In this document: positions 30,466 through 40,640 of the stretch, in pieces
Numbering within the stretch: position 1 is the stretch's first letter
Layout of the letters: each line of letters begins with the position of its first letter
DNA from: Chloroflexota bacterium
Lineage (GTDB): Bacteria > Chloroflexota > Dehalococcoidia > UBA2979
NCBI GenBank assembly: GCA_947470025.1
Contig: CANIRU010000004.1
Coordinates: 1-56,101, forward strand
DNA: 56,101 nt
Reading direction: 5' to 3'
The notes under the pieces: generated by a model
Database searches by the model: none
What the model was told of the DNA's origin: nothing
Seen by the model: only the letters and a program-made list of their open reading frames with translations
Program-made: the position numbers and the translations under genes

Positions 30466-30492
30466 TGGTGACCCGCAGCGGGTTCGAACCCG
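30466..30492 (-). repeat. Degenerate tRNA-Glu-like 3' end (att-like remnant)
   Basis: Minus strand CGGGTTCGAACCCGCTGCGGGTCACCA versus tRNA-Glu(CTC) 3' end CCGGTTCGAATCCGGTATGGGTCACCA. Confidence 0.6.
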
Positions 30493-30629
30493 GCTGGGGT
30501 GCCTCCGCACCCTCGGGGACTGTCGCGCCCGACGTTCCTGCGCCTACAGATCGAACCAGGCCCGGACGTTCCACTCTGCGCGGACCCTGCGCCGCGAGTT
30601 CTTCTATCCAAACCATCGACGGCCCGTGT

Positions 30630-31676
30630 CTACGGTGCCGCTGCACCGCGAGTGACAGTGACCGCGATAGCGGTAGCGAAGCCCGACGGGAACGTCTTCC
30701 GGAAGCTGTCGTTCACGAACGCCGGCGCGCCGAGTATTAGCAACACGTACTGGCCTCCCGCGCTCTGCGCCCAGACCCCGGTGGCACCCGCTTGCTTCGC
30801 CGCGACCTCGAGGTCGTCCACCGAACCGCCGTTGAAGACCACGAGGGCCAGGCCTCCCGCGCCGAACGTGGGCGGCGACGCGAAGGAGCCGCGGGCGCTG
30901 CTGCCGGGCGTCACGGGCGTCGGCGTGGGCGACGCGGGTGGGGTGGAGGTGTTCCGCATCTCGATCGCCGTCGCCGCGACGGGGCCCGATGCGGCGACTC
31001 CCGCAATTCCCGCCAGCATGTCCGTCAGCGACGCGATCTGGGACGCACCGTCGTCTGCCAGGTTCGCGACTCGAGAGATGGGAGAGCGAGCGCCGCTCGG
31101 CACCTGCGGCACACTGATGGAGCCGGAACCGCCGTAGGAACCGGTCACGGCGAACGGGCCGCGTGGACTGCTTGCGACGGTCCCGTCGTACTGGCCGTTG
31201 GCGATAGCGGTGAGCGCCCCGAGGTTATACGTGCCCTGGCCGCGATGGGTGCCAGACGCGCTCCCTCCGGTGGTCACGCCCCACTGACCGGAGCTCGTGA
31301 ACGTTCCTGAGGCGAAGGTGCCCGATGCGGTGTATGTCCCCTCGACGACGAACGCAGGGACACCGGTCGCGGTCACGGTGGCCGTGAACGGGCCGCTCGC
31401 CTGGTAACTGCCGCTGAAGCTCGCCGGGTCGAAGCCGGTGATTGCCACCGCGGCGGTAAAGGTGACCCGGGCATCGTACGTTCCGGCTCCCTGGAAGAAT
31501 CCCGCTGGAGTGTTCACGCGAGCGTCGTACGTGCCGGCCGACTTCACCGTCCCTGCGACCTGCGAGCTGCTGGGAGGGGATGCGGGCACCTGGGCATGGG
31601 CAGGTTGGCTCCCTCCCAGGGCGACTGAGGACATCGCGAAAACCAGCAGGCACAGTCTGGGCAAGCGGAATGACAT
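30630..31676 (-). CDS. Secreted G/T/S-rich protein with conserved ~81-aa C-terminal domain
   Basis: Signal peptide MSFRLPRLCLLVFAMSSVALGGSQPAHA; AGTYDARV occurs twice; P/T linker; C-domain shared with the ORFs ending at 52565 and 55680. Confidence 0.85.
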   Translation of the reverse strand: MSFRLPRLCLLVFAMSSVALGGSQPAHAQVPASPPSSSQVAGTVKSAGTYDARVNTPAGFFQGAGTYDARVTFTAAVAITGFDPASFSGSYQASGPFTATVTATGVPAFVVEGTYTASGTFASGTFTSSGQWGVTTGGSASGTHRGQGTYNLGALTAIANGQYDGTVASSPRGPFAVTGSYGGSGSISVPQVPSGARSPISRVANLADDGASQIASLTDMLAGIAGVAASGPVAATAIEMRNTSTPPASPTPTPVTPGSSARGSFASPPTFGAGGLALVVFNGGSVDDLEVAAKQAGATGVWAQSAGGQYVLLILGAPAFVNDSFRKTFPSGFATAIAVTVTRGAAAP

Positions 31677-32131
31677 GGAGGGATCCTCCGGGTGGCACGC
31701 CGAACCACGTCGAGTTGTTCGCCGCATCGGGGTTCGTAAGACGCGCGATCGAACAAGCGGATCATGACCGCTCGGTGCGGGCAGTGGACCTGCCGGAAGC
31801 CATCGGTGATGGGGGCCTTTAGTCCGTATGGCGCGAGTCCAACCGGGCCGCCGCCCGCTCGATGTCGTGACCGTGCTTGGGCACGCAAACGCCTCACCGT
31901 TCACGAGGACATCACTCGGGTCGGCGGCGGAGCCTAGCGCTTTCCGACGCCCGAGCATGCGTGCTGACCTCACTCGAGAGTTCCGCTACGCAGCCGACGC
32001 AATGCCGAGCGGTGCACAGCGCCAAACCCGCGACGAGGCTCGGGAGCGCCAGGTCGACTACGCCATCCTGATCAAGCGGATCCGCAATCCACCCACCGAC
32101 GCTCTCGTCTCGGGCCAGATCTCTTCGGAAG

Positions 32132-32674
32132 TCAGCCCGCCGAAGCGCTTCGTGCGAGCACGGTCTGCAACATGGCATCACCGACGGTCAAGTAGATCTC
32201 GCCCCCGGAACGCGCCAGTGAGAACCGCATGCGTCGCTCCAATCGCGCGACGAACTGCGCGATCCACGCGCGGTCCAGCGCGAAGACTTCGAGCTTCTCG
32301 GCGCGATAGATCTTCGCAGACGCAAGCTTGACGGCCCATTGCTCAGGATCCCTGTGCGTGTACACGGCAACGCGCGGAGCAGCCTTGCTCGCGCGATGTA
32401 ATCGCTCGGGCTCGGGCAATCCGATGTCGATCCACACCTGCAGCGCGCCCGTGAGATCGCGAACGGCGATCGCGGGATCGCCGGGATCCGACAAGCCCTT
32501 GGAGAAGGCGATGCCTTCGGTGCACTCGAGGCAATACGCAATCACACGAGTGACCAGATAGTCCGCCGTCTCGCTGGGATGCTGCGCAACGCGCAGGTTC
32601 AGCGTCTCGTACACCGCGCGATCGGAATCGGCGAGCTCGATGTCGAAGGTGTAGATCGTCGCGCCGAGCGCCAT
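32132..32674 (-). CDS. yaeQ: YaeQ family protein
   Basis: MALGATIY..IELADSDR..LRVAQHPSET..RVIAYCL..FSKGLSDPGDPAI..DLTG..WIDIGLP..RLHRASK. Confidence 0.9.
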   Translation of the reverse strand: MALGATIYTFDIELADSDRAVYETLNLRVAQHPSETADYLVTRVIAYCLECTEGIAFSKGLSDPGDPAIAVRDLTGALQVWIDIGLPEPERLHRASKAAPRVAVYTHRDPEQWAVKLASAKIYRAEKLEVFALDRAWIAQFVARLERRMRFSLARSGGEIYLTVGDAMLQTVLARSASAG

Positions 32675-32734
32675 GGGGTGCCAAATCTCGGAAAGGCCCG
32701 CGTCAGGCGGGCTTCGTGCTCTATCCGGGGATAC

Positions 32735-32777
32735 AGCGGGAGACCGGATTCGAACCGGCGACCCCCTGCTTGGGAAG
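32735..32777 (-). pseudogene. 3' half of a tRNA-Gly(CCC) (anticodon loop to acceptor strand, no CCA)
   Basis: Minus strand CTTCCCAA-GCAGG-GGGTC-GCCGG-TTCGAAT-CCGGT-CTCCCGC-T; the 5' anticodon stem and D arm do not pair. Confidence 0.75.
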
Positions 32778-32921
32778 TGCATGTTCCAAATCGCAGCCCA
32801 CGCGCACGGTACCAGCCGACAATCACACGGTTCGGAGGAGTGACCTCCAACACGTGATCCTAGGATCATCCCAAATACGAAGGCCCCTGATCATCTCAGA
32901 GGCCTTCGTTGAGTGCGTGGT

Positions 32922-32998
32922 TGGTGACCCATACCGGATTCGAACCGGTGGTCTCCACCGTGAGAGGGTGGCGTCCTGGGCCGCTAGACGAATGGGCC
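32922..32998 (-). tRNA. tRNA-Glu(CTC)
   Basis: GGCCCAT/ATGGGTC acceptor; CCACC-CTCTCAC-GGTGG anticodon arm; GGTTCGAATCC; CCA end. Confidence 0.96.
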
Positions 32999-33060
32999 AC
33001 GCGTCCGGTGAAGGACGGGGCATAGCGTACCGAATCCTCGGCACACGCGCCAATACCCCG

Positions 33061-33822
33061 CTACTCCCCCGGGTACTCCAGCGAGACGCGGGCGGCGCTC
33101 CCGAAGAACGGCGCGAAGGCGACGCCGGCCCGGGCGAACACCCCCGGCGGGATGCCGAGGTCCGCGACCCAGAGCTCGCCCGCGCTGGTGCGAGTCAGCC
33201 CGCGTTTCGGCAGGCCGAGGGTCAGCGTCCGCGTCGGGAGCACCGCCGCGCCGGGGTTGACTCCTCCGTCGGCGTCGAGGCCCGACGGCACGTCAATGGA
33301 CAGCACCGGTACGCCCGCCTCGGCGGCGGCGCGAGCGGCGAGGATGAGCCCGCGCTGCACGGGCTGGGGCTCCCCGACGAGGCGGCAGCCGAGGATCGCG
33401 TCGATCACGATATCGGCGGCACTGACGTCGAATGCCTCGTCCCAGCGCGTGACGCGGGCGGGGGCCTCAGCGAGCGCCAGGAACGCCTCGCCCAGCGCGC
33501 CGTCCGCGCGCTGCGACGGGACGATCGTGATCACCTCGACGGCAACGCCGCGATTGGCGAGGTGACGCGCAGTGACGACGCCGGTCGCACCGTTGCGGCC
33601 CGACCCGCACAGCACAATGGCGCGCGCACCGCCCCAGCGATCACCGAGCAACTCGATAGCGGCGAGCGCGGTCTGCTGTCCGGCGACCTCGATCATCTGG
33701 AGCAGAGAGGGACCGGTCGCCTCTGTGGCGATGCGGTCAACCTCGCGCATCTCGGCCACGGTGACGGAGGGGACGCGCGCGCCGGCGAGAGTGGCGAAAT
33801 GCACGCGCTGCGTCGTGGTCAT
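33061..33822 (-). CDS. nnrE: Stand-alone NAD(P)HX epimerase-like (YjeF_N/NnrE) protein
   Basis: EMREVDRIA..LQMIEVAG; LCGSGRNGATG; IDAILG; LSIDVPSG; TLTLGLPKRGL; VADLGIP. Confidence 0.8.
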   Translation of the reverse strand: MTTTQRVHFATLAGARVPSVTVAEMREVDRIATEATGPSLLQMIEVAGQQTALAAIELLGDRWGGARAIVLCGSGRNGATGVVTARHLANRGVAVEVITIVPSQRADGALGEAFLALAEAPARVTRWDEAFDVSAADIVIDAILGCRLVGEPQPVQRGLILAARAAAEAGVPVLSIDVPSGLDADGGVNPGAAVLPTRTLTLGLPKRGLTRTSAGELWVADLGIPPGVFARAGVAFAPFFGSAARVSLEYPGE

Positions 33823-33930
33823 ACGCCGGTCGCTCGACGATGGTGAGGGGCGACTCCGCGCACGTGGCCGAGACGCCTCGCGACCTCCCGGAGGGCGGGC
33901 CGGTTCTGCCCGGCATGAGCCCGCATCGCG

Positions 33931-34005
33931 TGGTGCCCCCAAGGGGAGTCGAACCCCTGTCTGGACCTTGAAAGGGTCCCGTCCTGACCGCTAGACGATG
34001 AGGGC
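33931..34005 (-). tRNA. tRNA-Glu(TTC)
   Basis: GCCCTCA/TGGGGGC acceptor; GGACC-CTTTCAA-GGTCC; GGTTCGACTCC; CCA end. Confidence 0.96.
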
Positions 34006-34083
34006 GCGCGCGGCCCTGCGAGGATACCAGCGCACTCCCGCGAGGTCATTGACCCGCGTCCGTCCGCCTCGATCGTCCGAGGA

Positions 34084-34782
34084 TTAGCGCGGCAGCCACG
34101 ATCGTCGCGGGTTGCCCGGCAGCTGCACCGGCGACGTCGCGAAGGGCACACGTGCCGCGCCGGGCGGACGGGTGCTCTCGATCGGCCGCTCGTCGCGCGG
34201 GCCGAGCCCGAACGTCGCGTGCGACGTGCCCGCAAACTCGCGCGCGGGCGACACGGCGTCCTGCGCCGCAACTATCGGCGTCTCGCGCGTCGGCTCGTCG
34301 TCGCTCGGCGCAGGGTCGGAGGGGCCGGCGGAGGGCGCGGACGGCGGCATCGACACCGGCTTGATGTCGGGATCGTCCGGCGTGTGCATGAGGTACGCGG
34401 GCTGCTCGTCACGGCGCTGCCACAGCAGATACGCGACGATGCCGGCGACCGCGATCACCGCGGCGACGGCGAACGGCAGCTTGGAGCGCGCACGACGCTT
34501 CTTGCGGCCCGTGGCGCGCTCGACGGCCTGCTCGATCATCGGCATCGCGCGCTCGACCATCGGGGCCGCCTCGTGGCGCAGGCCCTCGATCAGCGCGTTC
34601 ATGTTGTCCTGCGTCAGCTCGTGCGAGATCGAGTCGGCGATCGACTCCATGCGCTCACGACCGCGTTCCACGGCGCGTTCGATCTGGCGTGTGTCGATGG
34701 ACGACATCGATGGCATGGAGGCGAACGACGAGGGAAGCGACGAGCGGAGGGAACGTCGGCGCGAGAAGCGGAGTAGTGGCAT
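34084..34782 (-). CDS. Hypothetical single-pass membrane protein
   Basis: Helical N-region, basic RKKRRARSK, TM LPFAVAAVIAVAGIVAYLLW, Pro-rich tail; start uncertain. Confidence 0.65.
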   Translation of the reverse strand: MPLLRFSRRRSLRSSLPSSFASMPSMSSIDTRQIERAVERGRERMESIADSISHELTQDNMNALIEGLRHEAAPMVERAMPMIEQAVERATGRKKRRARSKLPFAVAAVIAVAGIVAYLLWQRRDEQPAYLMHTPDDPDIKPVSMPPSAPSAGPSDPAPSDDEPTRETPIVAAQDAVSPAREFAGTSHATFGLGPRDERPIESTRPPGAARVPFATSPVQLPGNPRRSWLPR

Positions 34783-35026
34783 AGAAGACCGCCCTAGGGC
34801 GGATCCGCGTCGGCGACCGGCCAGCGCGAACCCTGTGGATAACGTGGGCTCCCCCGGCTGGGAGGCGAAGTCTAGCAGGTTCGCGGAACGCGAGGGCGGA
34901 AATGACGCAGCGGAAACCTCGGAAAAGCCGCCACCCGCCCGGCGAATGCCCGCCGCGCGGGTCACTGTTCCCTGCGAACACGAGGGGTATAGTTGGCGGA
35001 TTCCGCAGCCCAGTTCAGGGGACGAT

Positions 35027-36490
<1,464 letters not shown>

Positions 36491-36516
36491 ACCAGCGGCC
36501 CGTTCGAGCAGATCGG

Positions 36517-36545
36517 GAAGCCCGGCCGTGAGGCCGGGCTTCTTC
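36517..36545 (+). terminator. Intrinsic terminator after malic enzyme
   Basis: GAAGCCCGGCC-gtga-GGCCGGGCTTC-TTC. Confidence 0.7.
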
Positions 36546-36700
36546 GTGCGTGCGACGCCGCATTTTCACACCGATCGCTGGTAAATGGCCGTCGAGGCCC
36601 TCATTGCATTGCCTGTACATCGCAAGGTGCTATGCCAGACACACTGGGCCCATCAAGGGCCTCAGGACTCCTCGCCACGCGCGGCAGTACGGAGTGTTCG

Positions 36701-38389
36701 GTGACCCACCGAGCAGCGGATCGATGGTTTGGGCTGCCGACGTCGCGCGACGAGCTGTTGCGCAACATGCTGGCGGGCGTCCTCGTCGGGGTCATCGCAT
36801 TTCCGCTGGCGATCGCGCTCGCCGTCGCCGTGGGCGTGAGCCCCGTGGCCGGGCTCTACACCGCGGCGTTCGCTGGAGCGGTCGCGAGCATCTTCGGCGG
36901 CTCGCGGTTCAACATCACAGGCCCCACCGCCGCCCTCGTCCCACTGCTGCTGCACGTCACGGTCAACCACGGCGTCGAGGCGCTCGCACTCGTCGGCTTC
37001 CTCGCGGGATTGATGCTGGTCGCGATGGGGCTGCTGAAGTTCGGCCGCCTCGTGCGGTTCATGCCCGGCCTCGTCGTCGTCGGCTTCACCGGCGGCATCG
37101 CGATCTCGATCGCGTTCGGGCAGTTGAACACGCTCCTCGGCCTGCGCGGCACGGACGGACGGCTCGAGTACTTCCACGAGAAGCTGGCCGACACGATTGC
37201 GCACCTTGGCACCGTCGAGCCTGCGTCGGCGATCATCGGCATCGCGGCGATCGTGTTCCTGTTCGCGTGGCAGTCGAGGCCGCAGCGCATCCCCGGCGCG
37301 CTGATCGTCGTGGTGGTCGCGACGGCGGTAGCGAAATTCTTCGACCTCGACGTGGCGACCGTGTCGACGAAGTACGGTGCGCTGCCGCGTTCCCTGCCCA
37401 TGCCGACATTCGCCTGGGTCGACCTCTCGCTCGCGATGGCGCTCCTGCCATCGGCGGCGGCGATCGCCGTCCTCGCGGCGGTGGAATCGCTGCTCTCCGC
37501 CGTCGTCGCGGACGGCATGTCGGGCCAGTCCGAGCGCCACGACTCCGACCGCGAGTTGATCGGCCAGGGACTCGCGAACCTGGTGTCCCCCGTGTTCCAC
37601 GGCATCCCGGCCACCGCCGCGATCGCGCGCACCGCCGCCGGCATCCGCAACGGCGCGACGTCGAGGCTGTCGGGCGTCGTCCATGCGGTGACGGTGCTCG
37701 CGCTGGCGATCGTGTTCGCGGGCGTCGCGGGCGACATCCCGCTCGCCGCGCTCGCCGCGATCCTCATCGTCGTTGCCTACGGCATCGCGGACGTGCCGGA
37801 GCTCGCGCGTCTGCTGCGCCGCGCGCCACGCGAGGACCTCGTCGTCCTGGTGGGTACGCTCGTCGTGACGGTGGTGCTCGACCTGACGTTCGCGATTGCG
37901 CTCGGCGTGATCGCCTCGACGGTGCTCTTGCTGCGGCGGCTGATCAGCGTCCCCGTCGCCAACGACATGCTCGCCGATGAGCCGTCGAGGACGCAGACAA
38001 TCCCGGAGTCGCTCCGCGAGCTCGTGAGGTCGAGACCTGACCTGCTGTTCTTCCACGCGCAGGGAGCGATCTCGTTCCACAGCGCCGCGACATTCGAGTC
38101 GATGCTCTCCGGCCACGACGAGCGCCCGCTGCTGCTGCGGATGCGCGACGTCCATCACATCGATTCGTCTGGTCTGATCACGCTGGCCGGGATCATCGAG
38201 CACCGCGAGCGCGCAGGCGGGCGCCTCGTGCTGACCGATGTGCAGCCCGACCTCGCCCCGGCGCTGCGGCGCTTTGGGATCTTCGAGCTGCTCGGGGCGG
38301 ACGGCGTGTTCGCAACGACCGAGGAGGCTATCGCGGCAATCCCCGCGCGGCCGTGGAGCTCGATGCCCACGGCCGGCGAGATCGACTAG
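36701..38389 (+). CDS. SulP/SLC26 anion transporter with STAS domain
   Basis: LAGVLVGVIAFPLAIA, ITGPTAA, GFTGGIAI, ESLLSAVVADGM, ELIGQGLAN, ATAAIART, HIDSSGL; GTG start with GGAG SD. Confidence 0.93.
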   Translation: MTHRAADRWFGLPTSRDELLRNMLAGVLVGVIAFPLAIALAVAVGVSPVAGLYTAAFAGAVASIFGGSRFNITGPTAALVPLLLHVTVNHGVEALALVGFLAGLMLVAMGLLKFGRLVRFMPGLVVVGFTGGIAISIAFGQLNTLLGLRGTDGRLEYFHEKLADTIAHLGTVEPASAIIGIAAIVFLFAWQSRPQRIPGALIVVVVATAVAKFFDLDVATVSTKYGALPRSLPMPTFAWVDLSLAMALLPSAAAIAVLAAVESLLSAVVADGMSGQSERHDSDRELIGQGLANLVSPVFHGIPATAAIARTAAGIRNGATSRLSGVVHAVTVLALAIVFAGVAGDIPLAALAAILIVVAYGIADVPELARLLRRAPREDLVVLVGTLVVTVVLDLTFAIALGVIASTVLLLRRLISVPVANDMLADEPSRTQTIPESLRELVRSRPDLLFFHAQGAISFHSAATFESMLSGHDERPLLLRMRDVHHIDSSGLITLAGIIEHRERAGGRLVLTDVQPDLAPALRRFGIFELLGADGVFATTEEAIAAIPARPWSSMPTAGEID

Positions 38390-38412
38390 CGGTCGAGGGC
38401 CATGACTACGGA

Positions 38413-39015
38413 CTAGCCGTAGCGCTCCTCGGTCCACGGGTCGCCGTGCATGTGGTAGCCGTACATCTCCCAGAAGCCGGGACGATCGCTCGACACGAAC
38501 TCGATACCGCGGATCCACTTCGCGCTCTTCCAGAAGTAGAGCGCCGGGACGAGGCCTCGCAACGGCCCTCCGTGCTCGCCGGTCAGCGGCTGACCGTTGT
38601 GCGTGTGCACGACCATGTTCTCCGCGCCGTGGAGCTCCGCCAGCGGCACGTTGGTAGTGTAGCCACCGTACGAGTGGAAGATGACGTGCTGCGCCTCCGG
38701 CTTCGGCTTCGCCAGCGCCGCAAGGTCATCGAAGGGCACGCCGACCCAGTCGTTGTCGTACTTGCTCCACGTGGTGACGCAGTGGATGTCGGAGCGGCTC
38801 TCCTGCTGCGGGAGCGCCATGAACTGCTCCCACGAGAGCGTCACTTCCTGCTCCACCAGCCCGAAGATCTTGAGCTCGAACGTCGTGAGGTCCACGTCCG
38901 GGATCGAGCCGTAGTGGAGCACCGGCCACCCATCGGTGAGGCGCTGGCCCGGGGGCAGGCGGGGTCGCCCGTCCGGCCTCGTCTCGCGCGTCTGCGAACC
39001 ACCGAACAGGGACAT
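38413..39015 (-). CDS. Sulfite-oxidase-like molybdopterin oxidoreductase
   Basis: RLPPGQ..WPVLHYG, DIHCVTTWSK, YTTNVPL, EHGGPLR, YFWKSAKW, GFWE..GYH..GDPW.EERY. Confidence 0.9.
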   Translation of the reverse strand: MSLFGGSQTRETRPDGRPRLPPGQRLTDGWPVLHYGSIPDVDLTTFELKIFGLVEQEVTLSWEQFMALPQQESRSDIHCVTTWSKYDNDWVGVPFDDLAALAKPKPEAQHVIFHSYGGYTTNVPLAELHGAENMVVHTHNGQPLTGEHGGPLRGLVPALYFWKSAKWIRGIEFVSSDRPGFWEMYGYHMHGDPWTEERYG

Positions 39016-39144
39016 AGCCGGACTCCTCACATCGCGGTTGTGGGAGGCGAATCATAGCATCGAAGCCGTGGGGCCCCGAGCCGATCGAGGCCGTCGGGCG
39101 CCGATGCGGATCGTGCCGCGTGGGGCGTTTAGGATGGAAGGACG

Positions 39145-39702
39145 ATGACGTCACCCCCCCCCGCACCCCCTGCCTCGCCCGCGGGCACCGACACGCTCGC
39201 GCAGCGGACGATGCGCCGGCTGGCGGCGTTCCTCTCGGTGGCCGCTGTGGTCCTCGCCGCTGACCAGTGGACGAAGGCACTCGTGCGCGCGCGCCTCGAC
39301 TACGGCGACACGTGGCCGGACGGCTGGACGCTGATCCGGATCACCCACGTCGAGAACACCGGCGCGGCGTTCGGCATCTTCCAGGGCGCGGGGGGCGCGC
39401 TGACCGTGGTCGCCCTCGGGCTGGTCGCAGCGATCACGTTCGTCCTGCTGACGCTTCCCGTGACCAGCCGCTTCTACACCATCGCGCTGAGCGCGATCCT
39501 CGGCGGCGCGCTGGGCAACCTCATCGACCGGCTGCGCCTGGGTGCAGTGACCGATTTCATCGACCCGGCGTACTACCCGGCGTTCAACATCGCCGACTCC
39601 GCGATCGTGTGCGGCGTGATCGCGCTGCTCGCCCTGACGTGGTTCGAGAAACCGGCGCCTCCCCCCACCTCGTCGGCCGAGCCGTCCGAGGTGTCCCCGT
39701 GA
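39145..39702 (+). CDS. lspA: Lipoprotein signal peptidase II
   Basis: ADQWTK, NTGAAFG, GGALGNLIDRL, VTDFI, FNIADSAI. Confidence 0.96.
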   Translation: MTSPPPAPPASPAGTDTLAQRTMRRLAAFLSVAAVVLAADQWTKALVRARLDYGDTWPDGWTLIRITHVENTGAAFGIFQGAGGALTVVALGLVAAITFVLLTLPVTSRFYTIALSAILGGALGNLIDRLRLGAVTDFIDPAYYPAFNIADSAIVCGVIALLALTWFEKPAPPPTSSAEPSEVSP

Positions 39703-40640
39703 GCGCCGATGTCGCTTTCGTCGCGGACGCCGAGGACCGCCTCGACCGCGTTGTGACGGCCGCGATCCCCGCGCTGTCGCGCTCGCAGGTGCGTCGGCTG
39801 ATCGAGGACGGCCATGTGACCATCGGCGGCGTCGTCGCGGAGCGCGCGAGCACCACCGTGCATCCGGGCGCGCAGATTGAGGTCGACCAGCCTGTGACGC
39901 GTGACCTCGACCTCGCGTCAGAGGACGTGCCGCTCGACATCCTGTACGAAGACGAAGAGACGCTGGTGCTGAACAAGCAGCCCGGCGTGATCGTGCATCC
40001 CCGGCCCGGCGTGGACGAGGTGACGCTGATCAACGCCGTGCGCGCGCACTATCCCGAGGTGCGGGACATCAACGAGACCGACCGCGGCGGTGTCGTGCAT
40101 CGCCTCGACCGCGACACCTCCGGCGTGATCGTGTTCGCCAAGTCTGAGGGGGCGCAGTTCGCGCTCAAGGAGCAGTGGAAGCAGCGAGAGACCACGAAGC
40201 AGTACATCGCGATCGTGGAGGGCCACCCCGACTCGCGCGAAAGCATCATCGACGCGCCGCTCGGTGCCGACCCCGCCGATCCTCGACGCCGCGCGGTGGT
40301 CGAGCACGGACAGTCCGCACGCTCCGAGTACCGCGTCCTGGAGCAGTACGGCGACGAGGCCGCGCTGCTGTCCGTGCGCATCTACACCGGTCGAACGCAC
40401 CAGATCCGTGTTCACATGACGGCGATCGGCCACCCGGTGCTCTCTGACCGCCTGTACGGCCACCCGTCGGAACACATCGGCCGCCAGGCGCTGCACGCGC
40501 AACGACTCGGGTTCACGCTCCCCTCGAACGGTGCGTGGCGCGAGTTCGTCGCCCCGATCCCCGAGGACCTGCGCGACGCGATCAACGCCCTGCGCGCCAA
40601 GCACGACGTCACCCCCACCGAGATCGGACCGACCGCATGA
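39699..40640 (+). CDS. rluD: RluA/RluD-family pseudouridine synthase
   Basis: S4 domain RLDR..SRSQVRRLI; NKQPG; VHRLDRDTSG; TGRTHQIRVH; RQALHA; GTGA overlap with lspA. Confidence 0.92.
   Translation: MSADVAFVADAEDRLDRVVTAAIPALSRSQVRRLIEDGHVTIGGVVAERASTTVHPGAQIEVDQPVTRDLDLASEDVPLDILYEDEETLVLNKQPGVIVHPRPGVDEVTLINAVRAHYPEVRDINETDRGGVVHRLDRDTSGVIVFAKSEGAQFALKEQWKQRETTKQYIAIVEGHPDSRESIIDAPLGADPADPRRRAVVEHGQSARSEYRVLEQYGDEAALLSVRIYTGRTHQIRVHMTAIGHPVLSDRLYGHPSEHIGRQALHAQRLGFTLPSNGAWREFVAPIPEDLRDAINALRAKHDVTPTEIGPTA

Noticed and set aside
32735-32805. Intact tRNA-Gly(CCC)
   Set aside because: Anticodon stem and D arm do not pair and CCA is missing; treated as a remnant.
30466-32998. Active prophage or integrative element
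   Set aside because: No integrase, intact transposase or phage genes, and the flanking repeats are degenerate.
34112-35026. 305-aa N-terminal extension of the malic enzyme ORF
   Set aside because: Antisense to the 34084-34782 gene; a TATAGT -10 and a purine-rich SD precede ATG 35027.
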